Assembly: GCA_963768175.1 (NCBI GenBank)
Contig: CAVYGQ010000001.1
Coordinates: 766,305-830,304, forward strand
DNA: 64,000 nucleotides
Direction of reading: 5' to 3'
DNA from: Candidatus Doudnabacteria bacterium
GTDB taxonomy: Bacteria > Patescibacteriota > Doudnabacteria > UBA920
The position numbers and the translations under genes are program-made. Shown one piece after another: positions 25,434-34,738 of this stretch (its first letter is position 1; the number at the start of each line of letters is the position of its first letter). The notes under the pieces are model-generated. The model saw only the letters and a program-made list of their open reading frames with translations, had not been told where the DNA came from and searched no databases.

Positions 25434-26761
25434 ATTGATGTTAGCTTCCCCAATTCTTCCCGCACCACGCTTACGTCGTCCCAGTCAATTCTCTTATTGC
25501 CCGGCAAAACCAAAAACTGCTCGCTGCCTTTACCGGTAACTAACACCAAATCGTCTTTTCCCGCAATTGATATGGCACGGCTAATAGCTTGCCTGCGATC
25601 CAAAATTGTTTTAACATTTTTCACTTTTAACTTTCCACTTTCAACTTGTCTAATCCCCTGTTCAATGTTGGCCACAATCTCCTGAGGATTGGAGTAGTAG
25701 ACATCATCGTTGGTTACTATTATTTGGTCAGCAAACTTGGCACTAATCTTACCAAACTCAAACCGTTTTGAAGTATCGCGGTGCCCGCCGGTAGACCCGA
25801 ATACGTGAATTAATTTATTATGCGGCATTGCATTAGCCGCTTCCAAAGCGGCTTTAAAACTTGCCGGCTCACAGCCATAATCCACCAAAACGGTGAAACC
25901 CAGACTGTTGGGTACGTCCTCCATTCGGCCGCGCACGCCGCGAAAACTTTTTAAAGCCTCGGCCGACTTTGACAAATCTACACCCAGCATATTGGCACAA
26001 GCAGCCGCCAAAGCAGCATTTTGCGCGTTAAAATTACCCGGCAAATTCAGCACAAAGGGTACGCTATTGACCTGAAATTCAGTCGTAATTCCCTGCTTGG
26101 TCAACAAAGCATAAAAAACTTTTTGCGCGTCTCCTCCTTCAAGACGATTAAAACTTACACCAAACTTTTTGTCGGCCGGAGAGCTTAAAAAATAGTCCGC
26201 TTCTTTATCGTCCAAATTCACGCCCACCATTTTTTGCGGAAAAAATTTCTTTTTTTGGCTTTTACCGATGCCGACGAACAGCTTGCGCTTGGCCTGCCGG
26301 TAATTCACCAAACCTCCGTGCGCTTCCAAATGCGCGCTTGAGAAATTGGTGAACACGGCCATATCAAAATTTATCCCCCAATGCCGGTTTTGGGCCAGTC
26401 CTTCCGAAGTACACTCTATAATTGCCACCTTGCATTTATTTACGGCCATGGCATGCAGCTGCCTTTGTAATTTAATTTCATTGGGCATACTAAGGCCGTG
26501 CTTGTTAACGTAATCCTCTTCACCGTCAAAAAAATTCACGGTGGTAATGTACCCGGTCTTAAACCCGGCAAAGTTTAAAATATGCGCCAGCATGGCGGTG
26601 GTGGTAGATTTCCCGGTAGTGCCCGTTATACCCACAATAATCAACCGCTCGCTGGGACGGTCAAAATAAATATTGGCGTCCCAAGCCAAAAGGCCGTGAT
26701 ACCAAGGCCGAATTGCCTTAAGCAAGCTTTCAGGAATCAACGATTTAAGAAGTTTCTTCAT
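25421..26761 (-). CDS. murE: UDP-N-acetylmuramoyl-tripeptide synthetase (Mur ligase)
   Basis: GITGTTGKSTT, IECTSEGL.Q.R, GRME, VFGSTG.HRD..KR, TGKGSE. Confidence 0.88.
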   Translation of the reverse strand: MKKLLKSLIPESLLKAIRPWYHGLLAWDANIYFDRPSERLIIVGITGTTGKSTTTAMLAHILNFAGFKTGYITTVNFFDGEEDYVNKHGLSMPNEIKLQRQLHAMAVNKCKVAIIECTSEGLAQNRHWGINFDMAVFTNFSSAHLEAHGGLVNYRQAKRKLFVGIGKSQKKKFFPQKMVGVNLDDKEADYFLSSPADKKFGVSFNRLEGGDAQKVFYALLTKQGITTEFQVNSVPFVLNLPGNFNAQNAALAAACANMLGVDLSKSAEALKSFRGVRGRMEDVPNSLGFTVLVDYGCEPASFKAALEAANAMPHNKLIHVFGSTGGHRDTSKRFEFGKISAKFADQIIVTNDDVYYSNPQEIVANIEQGIRQVESGKLKVKNVKTILDRRQAISRAISIAGKDDLVLVTGKGSEQFLVLPGNKRIDWDDVSVVREELGKLTSMVSS

Positions 26762-26957
26762 GACTAACCTATTATAGCTTAAATAGCCAAAAAGCTAAAA
26801 GTGTCTTATAATAAATCCAGCACTTTCCAGCATACACTAAAATTAAACCCTAAAAATAAATGGTTTCAAAATTACTTCCTATAGGCTGAAAGCTCTATGG
26901 GAAAGTGCTGGATAAAGCAAAGGTTCCCTTTTTGATACAAAATTTCTGTTAGGGCGT

Positions 26958-27873
26958 ATGGCCGCTAAAATCAACAACAACTATTCAACCAAACCGTCGC
27001 CAACTGTCATTGGGCCATCTTTAGTTTACCAGTCCGGGAGTTCTCCCTGGGGACTGGAGGCTTTTTATGAAGGCTACCGATTGGTGTTTTCGGCAGACTT
27101 TGGCCGAGTTCGGAAGACAGCAAAAAAATGGAAAAAATTTTTTAGGTCTTTTGTAACCGCGCCGAATAAAAACCCCGGCAGCATTATTCACAACGTTGAT
27201 TTATATCACCTGTTCAGCAAGAGCGCCGAGCATGCCTGGGACAACTCATATATTTTGGCGCAAAAACGCAAAAGCCGGCTTGGAGTGGAAGATATTTTTT
27301 TGGCCCTGCTGGAGAGAGCCCTCGGTAAAAAACCTCCTGTCCCGCATTAAGGTAGACAGCCTGCAGGCCAAAAGATTTATAAATAATTATTTAAAACTTA
27401 CCCTGTCGCTAAACGATGACACGGTAAAAAAAATTCCTTTTGAGGCGTTCGCTCTGGCGGCAAAACTTCATAACCATAAAGTCGGCAGCCTAATGCTGTT
27501 GGGTGGGCTGCTTAAAGCCACTCCTCATGACAATATTTTGCAGGCGGTTTTTACCAACATCGGCCTAACCGCCGCCAAACTTGAGTTGTTTGCCGTCTGG
27601 CATTTGGACTTAGATTACGAATTTCCGCCCAACTCCACCAGCGGCAAACTGCTGTTTTGCCTAAGACAAGCCACGGGCTTGGAAGAACATTTTGGCTATT
27701 TTTTTGAACTGCCGGCTATTGAGGCCGCGGTGGATTTAAGCCAAGGGCAAACCCTAAAAGATCTACAGCATTTAAAAGCCTTGCAGCTATTGGTAAAGGC
27801 CGGCCTTTTAGCCCAGAACAAAAAGACAAAAATAATTTCTGAAAATTTGGTCAAACAGGCGGCACGAAAATAA
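26958..27873 (+). pseudogene. Clp N-terminal-domain-like protein split by a +1 frameshift near 27310 (pseudogene or sequence error)
   Basis: ...A.K.K..LGVEDIFLALL continues as REPSVKNLLSRIKVD in another frame; A..L....VGS.MLL.GLL Clp-N-like repeat. Confidence 0.55.
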
Positions 27874-27877
27874 AAAA

Positions 27878-27975
27878 TGACGTCATCCCTTCACTTCGTT
27901 CAGGGCAGGCTCTAAGGAGCGCAGCGACGAAGGATCCCATAAAAAGATTCTTCAGATGCATTCAGAATGACGCCA
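27878..27975. repeat. Family-G element with a nested CCCTTCACTTCGTTCAGGGC hairpin
   Basis: TGACGTCATCC...TTCAGAATGACGCCA. Confidence 0.75.
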
Positions 27976-27994
27976 ATATAAAATCTCTCTTGGG

Positions 27995-29152
27995 TTAGCC
28001 AAGAGAGATTTTTTTTGCCATTTTATTTACTGCCCTTAAAAAACGGTAAACCCGGTAACGGGGCTTGTTGATAACAAAATCATAAGCCCCCGCATATTGG
28101 CGCTCCTTTCCACCAAACCCCAATTTAAACCGGACAAAGCCAGGAACTTCTCCCGAAGAAGTTTCTGTTCCCCAAAAATCGTAAGCTTCAAACCCCTGCG
28201 CCTGGGCATCTTTTATTGCTTGCCAGTGCAACAAATATGGTGCCATGACATTTTTGTTATTTTCGGAGGAGCCGCCAAATAAAAACGTCCTTGTTTTGCC
28301 AAAATCCATCATGATGGCTGCCGCTAAAAGTTGATTGCTTAAAATAGCCTTATAAATATGCAATTTCACTTCGCCGGAGTTTCCGATGCCATCCGCCTTC
28401 GCTAAAGCTTCCCCCTCCGCCGAGACTACGGCGGACAAGTCGGCGGATTGCCCGCTATAGTTTTCTTCAGCTAAGGCTGAAGATTTATGATTGAGGGCAA
28501 AAAAATCAACCATTTTTTTATAATAACCAACGGGAAACGTCATAAACTTTTGGCGTCTTGATGTCCCGATTATCAGCTTCAAGGTTTCTTCAAAAAACAG
28601 CCCGTGTCCGACACTAATATCAAATTCGTCTTTAATCACCACCCCGTGCTTTTGTGCCACTTTAATATTGTAGCGGGTTTTAGAGTGCATTTCGGCCAAA
28701 AGCTGCTCTTCTGGTTTTGTAAGGTCAACAAGTAATGTTTTACCGGGCTGGATGTTGTGTGACTTAGTGAGTAGTGGGTAGTGAGTAGTGAGTAATTCTG
28801 CATCTTTTGGTTCAAGACGTATAAATACCGCATCCGGAAACTTCCTTTGCAACTCCTGCAGAAATAATTGAAAATTGAAAATTGAAAATTGAAAATTCTC
28901 GCCTCCGACGAATACCGGCCCATACGGCGCATACAAATAGTAACTGCCAAGAGGCAAAAGCATTTTTATCAGCTGAATTGAAGCCGCCGGTTTCCCATTA
29001 TCATCTAAAATCTGGAGTCTGCAGACTGTTCGCCCTAAATGAATCTGCCACTCTCCCCACCCCCAGCTTTGCAAAAAACTGCCGCTTGCGCACTGGGCAA
29101 CAAAGCGGTTATAGGATTCTTTATCGGCTGATGTCAGTTCAATAAGGCTCAT
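27995..29152 (-). CDS. FemAB/FemX-family lipid II:amino acid transferase with three in-frame repeat insertions
   Basis: SFLQSW.WG, Y.PYGP, KTRYNI..A.K.GV, APYLLHW, YDFWG, FKLGFGG. Confidence 0.9.
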   Translation of the reverse strand: MSLIELTSADKESYNRFVAQCASGSFLQSWGWGEWQIHLGRTVCRLQILDDNGKPAASIQLIKMLLPLGSYYLYAPYGPVFVGGENFQFSIFNFQLFLQELQRKFPDAVFIRLEPKDAELLTTHYPLLTKSHNIQPGKTLLVDLTKPEEQLLAEMHSKTRYNIKVAQKHGVVIKDEFDISVGHGLFFEETLKLIIGTSRRQKFMTFPVGYYKKMVDFFALNHKSSALAEENYSGQSADLSAVVSAEGEALAKADGIGNSGEVKLHIYKAILSNQLLAAAIMMDFGKTRTFLFGGSSENNKNVMAPYLLHWQAIKDAQAQGFEAYDFWGTETSSGEVPGFVRFKLGFGGKERQYAGAYDFVINKPRYRVYRFLRAVNKMAKKISLG

Positions 29153-29168
29153 AAAAATACTGCCATTT

Positions 29169-29254
29169 GGCGTCATCCTGAACGCAGTGAAGGATCTCAA
29201 TCTTATCTTAGATGAGATTCTTCGCCTCGGATGCACTCGGCTCAGAATGACGCC
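29169..29254. repeat. Family-G palindromic element
   Basis: GGCGTCATCCTGA...CTCAGAATGACGCC. Confidence 0.85.
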
Positions 29255-29272
29255 GGACACACTAGCTCTAAT

Positions 29273-29857
29273 TTATTTCTTCCCGAGAAGTTGCAATGCC
29301 TGCTTTAACTGTTCCCCTTGCGGTTTTGCGCTATCTATTTTATTTACCACTTCCCTGACTTCACGCTGATTATATCCAAGGGCCAGCAGCGCGTCAAAAA
29401 CTTCACTTCCCGCTCCGGCCGTTCCGCCGCCAGGCCCGACCTTGGCTTTTAACTCCACGATAATTTTTTCCGCGGTTTTAAGGCCCACGCCGGAAATTCT
29501 GGTAAACACCCCCGCGTCCTGGTTGGCTATGGCCTGCCTGACCGCCTCAACTTTGGCGGCCGACAGTATTGCCAAGGCCACTTTCGGCCCCACGCCGGAA
29601 ACGGTAATAAGCAGTTCAAAAAACTGCAGGGTAGCAAAATCCGGCAAACCGAACAGGCTCTGCCCGTCATCACTGACTTTATGATAAGTAAACAAGGCCA
29701 CGGTATCGCCAATCTTGCCTTCAAGAGTCTCGGGCGTCACAAAAACCTTATACCCTACGCCGTTATTTTCTCCGCCAGAGGCGGATGCACCTCCGGTGTA
29801 CAAAATAATATAAGTCAGCCCTTTTTCTAAAATTGTGCCTTTTAAATAAGATATCAT
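29273..29857 (-). CDS. ruvA: Holliday junction branch migration protein RuvA
   Basis: MISYLKG, GVGY.V, VSGVGPK.AL, GVG.KTAEKIIVELK, AL..LGY. Confidence 0.95.
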   Translation of the reverse strand: MISYLKGTILEKGLTYIILYTGGASASGGENNGVGYKVFVTPETLEGKIGDTVALFTYHKVSDDGQSLFGLPDFATLQFFELLITVSGVGPKVALAILSAAKVEAVRQAIANQDAGVFTRISGVGLKTAEKIIVELKAKVGPGGGTAGAGSEVFDALLALGYNQREVREVVNKIDSAKPQGEQLKQALQLLGKK

Positions 29858-29877
29858 ACCCATATTTTATCACATTT

Positions 29878-29906
29878 TTGACATTTTTGGATAAAAGAAT
29901 TAAATT
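29878..29906 (+). promoter_or_regulatory. Sigma70-type promoter TTGACA-17-TAAATT driving the structured RNA
   Basis: Perfect -35, 17-bp spacer, 5/6 -10. Confidence 0.7.
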
Positions 29907-29912
29907 TAATAA

Positions 29913-30441
29913 ACTCAGGCGGCGCCTGGTGGAAAAACCCAGCCCAGGCGCTTAGCCCACCCCCTCAAACGTGAGCGAGGGGCCAATAAGGGGGGCCCAG
30001 GCCCCCCAATTGGAAAGCAAATTTGCAAAGGAACCCGGCGGCCAAGCGGCGGTTGCCCGCGGGGCACCCGCATCACAATCGGAGCAGGCCCTTGTGGTCA
30101 CGCTTCAATGGATTGCGGTAATACCTACCGCTACCGCCGGGGACAAATTTAAAGAGGAATTGGGCACACAGCCTCGCGCAGAGGTTTTGCGCCCTTGAGA
30201 CACGCCGAATACCTATCAGACCCAGCTGGTATGCAGACGACGCGCCTCCCCAAGAGGGTCACAGCACAACTACTTTTTTTCTGCATTACCGTGGCAAATG
30301 CTCCAGCGACAGAAAGCAGAGATAAGTACTTATGCCGGGAAGAGACTTTTCCCATGACCCCCAGGATATATTTTAGGCCTATTATTGGCCGCCGGATGCT
30401 ACCCCCTCCTTACCCTACCCCAGCATCCGGTTCTTTTTTTT
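29913..30441 (+). ncRNA. Candidate large structured non-coding RNA (~520 nt), family unknown
   Basis: Promoter, more than 14 nested helices found by hand, terminator, no credible ORF/RBS. Confidence 0.65.
30391..30441 (+). terminator. Intrinsic terminator
   Basis: CCGGATGCT...AGCATCCGG followed by TTCTTTTTTTT. Confidence 0.75.
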
Positions 30442-30566
30442 GTTCGCGTACGGTGTTATGATATAAGTCTGAACAAGCAATAGTGTTCGAGCTTGTCGAG
30501 AACCTATTATTTGTACTAAACTAAAAAATATCTTCTCCACGGGGGTCGAAGAATATTTTTTATTAT

Positions 30567-32660
30567 ATGAACAGATTTGTCTTAAAATCCAAGTTTCGGC
30601 CTGCCGGCGACCAGCCAAAAGCCATAGAAGGCCTGCTTAAATCGCTTAAAGCCAAACGCCGCTACCAAACACTTTTAGGCGTTACCGGGAGCGGCAAGAC
30701 TTTTACCATGGCCAATATTATAGAGAAGATCCAGAAACCCACCTTAATTATTAGCCACAATAAAACTTTGGCCGCCCAACTTGCCGCGGAATTTGAGGAA
30801 TTTTTCCCCGAAAATGCCGTACACTATTTTGTTTCCTATTATGACTACTACCAGCCCGAAGCCTATATCCCCCGCTCCGACACTTACATAGAAAAAGACA
30901 CCCAAATAAACGAAGAAATAGACCGCCTTAGGAATGCGGCCACGCAGTCGCTGCTGTCGCGCAAAGACGTCTTAATTGTGGCCAGTGTCTCCTGCATTTA
31001 CGGCCTGGGCAACCCGGCCAACTATTTGGAGCTGTCCTTAAACGTCAAAAAGGGCCAAAGCTTAAAGCGCGACAAGTTGCTAAGGCGGCTAACGGATTTG
31101 CAATATCACAGAAATGATATTGATTTACAAAGAGCCACGTACCGCGTGCAGGGCGACGTGGTGGAAATTATTTTGTCTTCCGAAGACACGGTTATCCGCA
31201 TGGATTTCTTTGGCGATGTTTTGGAAAACATTGAACGGCGGGATGTGGTCACCGGCCACAAAATTGAAAATCTTGATGAATTTACCATTTTCCCGGCCAA
31301 GCATTTTGTCACGCCGGAAGAAAAGCTAAAAGAAGCCGCGGAAAATATCCGCCTGGAGCTTACCGGCAGGGTAGCGGAGCTTAAAGCCCAGGGAAAAATT
31401 TTGGAAGCCGCCAGGCTGGAGCAAAGGACAAATTTTGATTTGGAAATGCTGACCAACACGGGCTTCGTGGCCGGCATAGAAAATTATTCCCGAGTGCTGG
31501 AAGGCCGCGAGCCGGGCAGCCCGCCATCCACTCTGATTGATTATTTTCCCGACGATTTTTTGCTGTTTTTGGACGAATCGCACCAAAGTGTGCCGCAAAT
31601 CGGCGCTATGTATGAAGGCGACAAATCCCGCAAAACCACTTTGGTAGACTACGGCTTCCGCCTGCCCAGCGCCTTGGACAACCGCCCGCTGAAATTTGAC
31701 GAATTTGAAAAAAAAATCAATCAGGTAATTTTTGTGTCCGCCACGCCGGCGGAGTTTGAAATTGAAAGAAGCCTAACGCAAAAAGACACGAAATTTATAA
31801 CTAAGTCCAGACGCACCGAAACCGAGCAAAGCATAATAGACGCCAGGCCGAAATTAAAACAAATGGACCCGCCGTCCATTGTGGAGCAAATTATCCGCCC
31901 CACCGGGCTGATTGATCCCACCATTGAAATCAAGCCCATAAAAAACCAAGTGGATGACTTAATAGAGCGCATAAAACAGCGCGCTAACAAGCACCACCGT
32001 GTGTTGGTAGCCACGCTGACTAAGCGCATGGCCGAAGAGTTGGCCGAATATTTAAAAGAAGAAGGCATAAAAGTGCAGTATCTGCACTCGGACGTGGATA
32101 CTTTTGAACGTTTGGAAATTTTGCGCGATTTGCGTTTGGGGGTTTACGATGTTTTGGTAGGCATCAACCTTTTGCGCGAAGGCCTGGACTTGCCCGAAGT
32201 CAGCCTGGTGGCAATACTGGATGCCGACAAAGAAGGCTTTTTGCGCAGTGAGACATTTTTTATGCAAATGATGGGCCGGGCCGCCCGCCACATGGAAGGA
32301 CACGTGGTAATGTATGCCGACAGGATTACAGGCAGCATGAAACGGGCCATAGACGAAACCACCCGCCGTCGCGCCCTGCAGGAATCCTATAACAAAAAAC
32401 ACGGGATTACGCCCAAGTCCATCCAAAAAGCCATTGCCGATACCCGTTTGGCCGGCAGTAAGAAAGAAATTGAAGACGAAGAGGAACGCAAAATTGACCC
32501 CGCCAAAATGACTAGAGAAGAAATTAAGTTTTACGTTTCCGAACTGCAGGAACAAATGAACCTCGCCGCCCAGAACTTGGAATTCGAGTTGGCCGCCCGC
32601 CTCCGCGACCGCATTGCTGAAATAAAAAAGCTGAGCAAATTGAGAGGCAAAAAAATATAG
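30567..32660 (+). CDS. uvrB: Excinuclease ABC subunit B
   Basis: [41 protein letters not shown]-terminal UVR domain. Confidence 0.98.
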   Translation: MNRFVLKSKFRPAGDQPKAIEGLLKSLKAKRRYQTLLGVTGSGKTFTMANIIEKIQKPTLIISHNKTLAAQLAAEFEEFFPENAVHYFVSYYDYYQPEAYIPRSDTYIEKDTQINEEIDRLRNAATQSLLSRKDVLIVASVSCIYGLGNPANYLELSLNVKKGQSLKRDKLLRRLTDLQYHRNDIDLQRATYRVQGDVVEIILSSEDTVIRMDFFGDVLENIERRDVVTGHKIENLDEFTIFPAKHFVTPEEKLKEAAENIRLELTGRVAELKAQGKILEAARLEQRTNFDLEMLTNTGFVAGIENYSRVLEGREPGSPPSTLIDYFPDDFLLFLDESHQSVPQIGAMYEGDKSRKTTLVDYGFRLPSALDNRPLKFDEFEKKINQVIFVSATPAEFEIERSLTQKDTKFITKSRRTETEQSIIDARPKLKQMDPPSIVEQIIRPTGLIDPTIEIKPIKNQVDDLIERIKQRANKHHRVLVATLTKRMAEELAEYLKEEGIKVQYLHSDVDTFERLEILRDLRLGVYDVLVGINLLREGLDLPEVSLVAILDADKEGFLRSETFFMQMMGRAARHMEGHVVMYADRITGSMKRAIDETTRRRALQESYNKKHGITPKSIQKAIADTRLAGSKKEIEDEEERKIDPAKMTREEIKFYVSELQEQMNLAAQNLEFELAARLRDRIAEIKKLSKLRGKKI

Positions 32661-32668
32661 TTACCCTC

Positions 32669-32826
32669 TTGCTTTTTTTGACCGTTTTTGCTAAACTCTA
32701 TCTAATGTCGCAGTATAGCAGTTTAATAATTTAGCTCCGAGGCCGTGTAATTCACTTACCGGCCGAGGAATCTATAAAGGGAAAGGATAAGCCTTGAAAA
32801 GGAAAACCGTCAAGGTTGTCCTTTTC
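32669..32826 (+). promoter_or_regulatory. rpsT promoter (TTGCTT-17-TAAACT) and structured 5' leader
   Basis: Hairpins at 32736-32769 and 32780-32826. Confidence 0.5.
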
Positions 32827-32836
32827 AAAATATTTT

Positions 32837-33100
32837 ATGCCCAACACTAAATCGGCCGCCAAGGCCATGAGACAGGCCATTGTGCGCAGAGCCAGAAATA
32901 TAAAAGCCAAGGACAAATTCAAGGACGCGGTCAAGGAAGTCAGAAAACTGATTGCCGCCGGAAAAAAGTCCGATGCCGTAAAAGCCATGCAAGCCGCCTT
33001 TGCCGCTCTGGACAAAGCCGCCAAAACGCACGTCATCCACAAAAACACGGCTTCCCGCAAAAAATCCCGTTTGGCCAAAGCCATCGCAAAGATAAAATAA
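32837..33100 (+). CDS. rpsT: 30S ribosomal protein S20
   Basis: MPNTKSAAKAMRQ...LDKAAK..VIHKNTASRKKSRL. Confidence 0.96.
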   Translation: MPNTKSAAKAMRQAIVRRARNIKAKDKFKDAVKEVRKLIAAGKKSDAVKAMQAAFAALDKAAKTHVIHKNTASRKKSRLAKAIAKIK

Positions 33101-33105
33101 TACCA

Positions 33106-33137
33106 AAAATCCGCCATCAGAAAGGTGGCGGATTTTT
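33106..33137. terminator. Bidirectional intrinsic terminator
   Basis: AAAAATCCGCCA...TGGCGGATTTTT. Confidence 0.75.
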
Positions 33138-33161
33138 ACTTTGGCAGCTCGCAAACTTTTA

Positions 33162-33389
33162 CTATATTTTTTCCTTAATCACTTCCATCGCCTGGCAAAA
33201 CTCCGTTAAATGATCGGGAAAAACCGTAATGTGGTTTCTCACCGGGATTCCTTTGTCTAAACGTGTTTCCGAAACTAGCAAATACTTTCCGCCCTTTTCC
33301 CCCCTTGCCTGCTTCACATCAAAGAAGTAAGTCTTACCGCCAGCTTTCATGCTTTGAGTATATATAGGTTTTTGAAATTCTTCTGACAT
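33162..33389 (-). CDS. PUR-alpha-like / DUF3276 nucleic-acid-binding protein
   Basis: KAGGKTYFFDVK...YL..SE...R..I.VF..H...F pattern. Confidence 0.8.
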   Translation of the reverse strand: MSEEFQKPIYTQSMKAGGKTYFFDVKQARGEKGGKYLLVSETRLDKGIPVRNHITVFPDHLTEFCQAMEVIKEKI

Positions 33390-33462
33390 ATTTTTTATTT
33401 CTAACTTAATTGTGCGACCTTTGATTAATAACTCCCGCAGCTGTTCGGGAATGATTAGAAAA

Positions 33463-34479
33463 TTATTTCCTATTGATCAAGTTTACTATTAGCTTTACCA
33501 TGACATTTTTCTGTACCGATTTGCTTTCGGCTATCAATAAAGCCAGGGCTACTAAAGCGGTATCGTTGACTTTGCGTTCGCCCTTTTTGTTGTTGAGACA
33601 ATTATTTTCTATCAAGAACAGCAAAAACAGCAAACAGCCAATGCGCTTGTTGCCGTCCACAAACGGATGGTCCTTAATGGCAAAATATAAAAGGTGCGCA
33701 GCCTTTTCTTCCAAGCTCTGATACAACTCTTTGCCGGCGTAAGTTTGGTAAATGCTCCCCAAAACGGCTTCCAGCTTGCCCCCTACTTCCTGGCCGAACA
33801 GGGAGCTGACTTCTTTTTTGACGGCAAGGCGCTGTTTGAACCGCGCGATGGTTTTTTGGATTTCCCCGTGGTCCAGCGGCCGCGCGGTTTTTTTGCTGAC
33901 ATCGGTTATCCCTAATTTACCTTCGTCGTATTCATGAAGCACCGTCCACGTGTTGGCGTAGTCTACAATAATGTTCAAAAATTCCTTTTCATACCCTTCC
34001 GCGCGCCGCGCTTCTATCACGTTTTGGAACAACTTTACCGTCTGCTGGAGTTCCTTAAGCTGGCTGTTATGTTCCTGCTTTAACTGGTCCAGCCGGTTTT
34101 TATTGACCGCGTAACCCTGGAGCAAATAATCGCGCAACCTTTGCGTTGCCCAAATGCGGAATTGCGTGCCGCGTTTGGAATTAACCCGATATCCAACCGA
34201 AATAATCATATCTAAATTATAATAAGTTGTTGGCTTATCTAAGCCAATTCCAGTAAAACTGGAATTGGCTTGTTTAAGAGAAGTTTCGGCCTGATTAAGT
34301 TCATTTTCTCTATAAATATTATTGATGTGCAAAGAAATAGTTCTGAAGTCTTTCTTAAACAATTCTGACATTTGAGCTTGTGTAAGCCAAACAGTTTGTC
34401 CTTCCATTCTTACCCTTAATTCCGGCCCTTCCGGGGCTTTATAAATAATAATTTCACCTTTTCTTGTTTCTTCTGACAT
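33463..34479 (-). CDS. RhuM-like DNA-binding domain fused to a Fic/Doc domain
   Basis: TVWLTQ.QM.ELF, YNLD.IISVGYRVNS.RG.QFR.WA; Fic motif HPFVDGNKRIG. Confidence 0.9.
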   Translation of the reverse strand: MSEETRKGEIIIYKAPEGPELRVRMEGQTVWLTQAQMSELFKKDFRTISLHINNIYRENELNQAETSLKQANSSFTGIGLDKPTTYYNLDMIISVGYRVNSKRGTQFRIWATQRLRDYLLQGYAVNKNRLDQLKQEHNSQLKELQQTVKLFQNVIEARRAEGYEKEFLNIIVDYANTWTVLHEYDEGKLGITDVSKKTARPLDHGEIQKTIARFKQRLAVKKEVSSLFGQEVGGKLEAVLGSIYQTYAGKELYQSLEEKAAHLLYFAIKDHPFVDGNKRIGCLLFLLFLIENNCLNNKKGERKVNDTALVALALLIAESKSVQKNVMVKLIVNLINRK

Positions 34480-34624
34480 AAAACTCCTTTTGTTCAAGCC
34501 AATATGTACTTTCTGCATATTGGCTTATTTATAAGTATTTTCAGTTATCCGGAAATTCCGGATAGTTCAACTGTTGCATTTTTTGCAACAATTTAAATCT
34601 TTAATCCTAAATCTGGTATCTATT

Positions 34625-34653
34625 ATGGTATACTATCGTTCACCCCACGTCAA
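34625..34653 (-). promoter_or_regulatory. Promoter TTGACG-17-TACCAT with a spacer shared with the MTase promoter
   Basis: 17-bp identity with 9910-9926. Confidence 0.55.
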
Positions 34654-34738
34654 CACCTTTAAAAATAAGGTTAAGATAAAATTTTACCATAGTTATCCAC
34701 ACTGCTTCGCCAAGGCTACGCAGTGCAAGCACGCACAG

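Noticed and set aside
30151-30335. RNase P RNA or tmRNA identity for the structured RNA (GAGGAATTGGGC, ACAGAAAGC)
   Set aside because: The universally conserved GAGGAAAGUCC / ACAnAAnnnGGCUUA P4 pairing is not present, and there are no tRNA-like termini; not called, though a covariance search should confirm.
29971-30461. ORFs 29971-30198, 30195-30461 and 30149-30355
   Set aside because: Non-ATG or RBS-less starts, no recognisable motifs, one runs through the terminator; pervasive base pairing explains the region better.
31770-31875. Extra ~25 aa in UvrB after the SATP motif as a repeat-derived insertion
   Set aside because: Probably an insertion, but no clear palindrome or match to the repeat families seen here.
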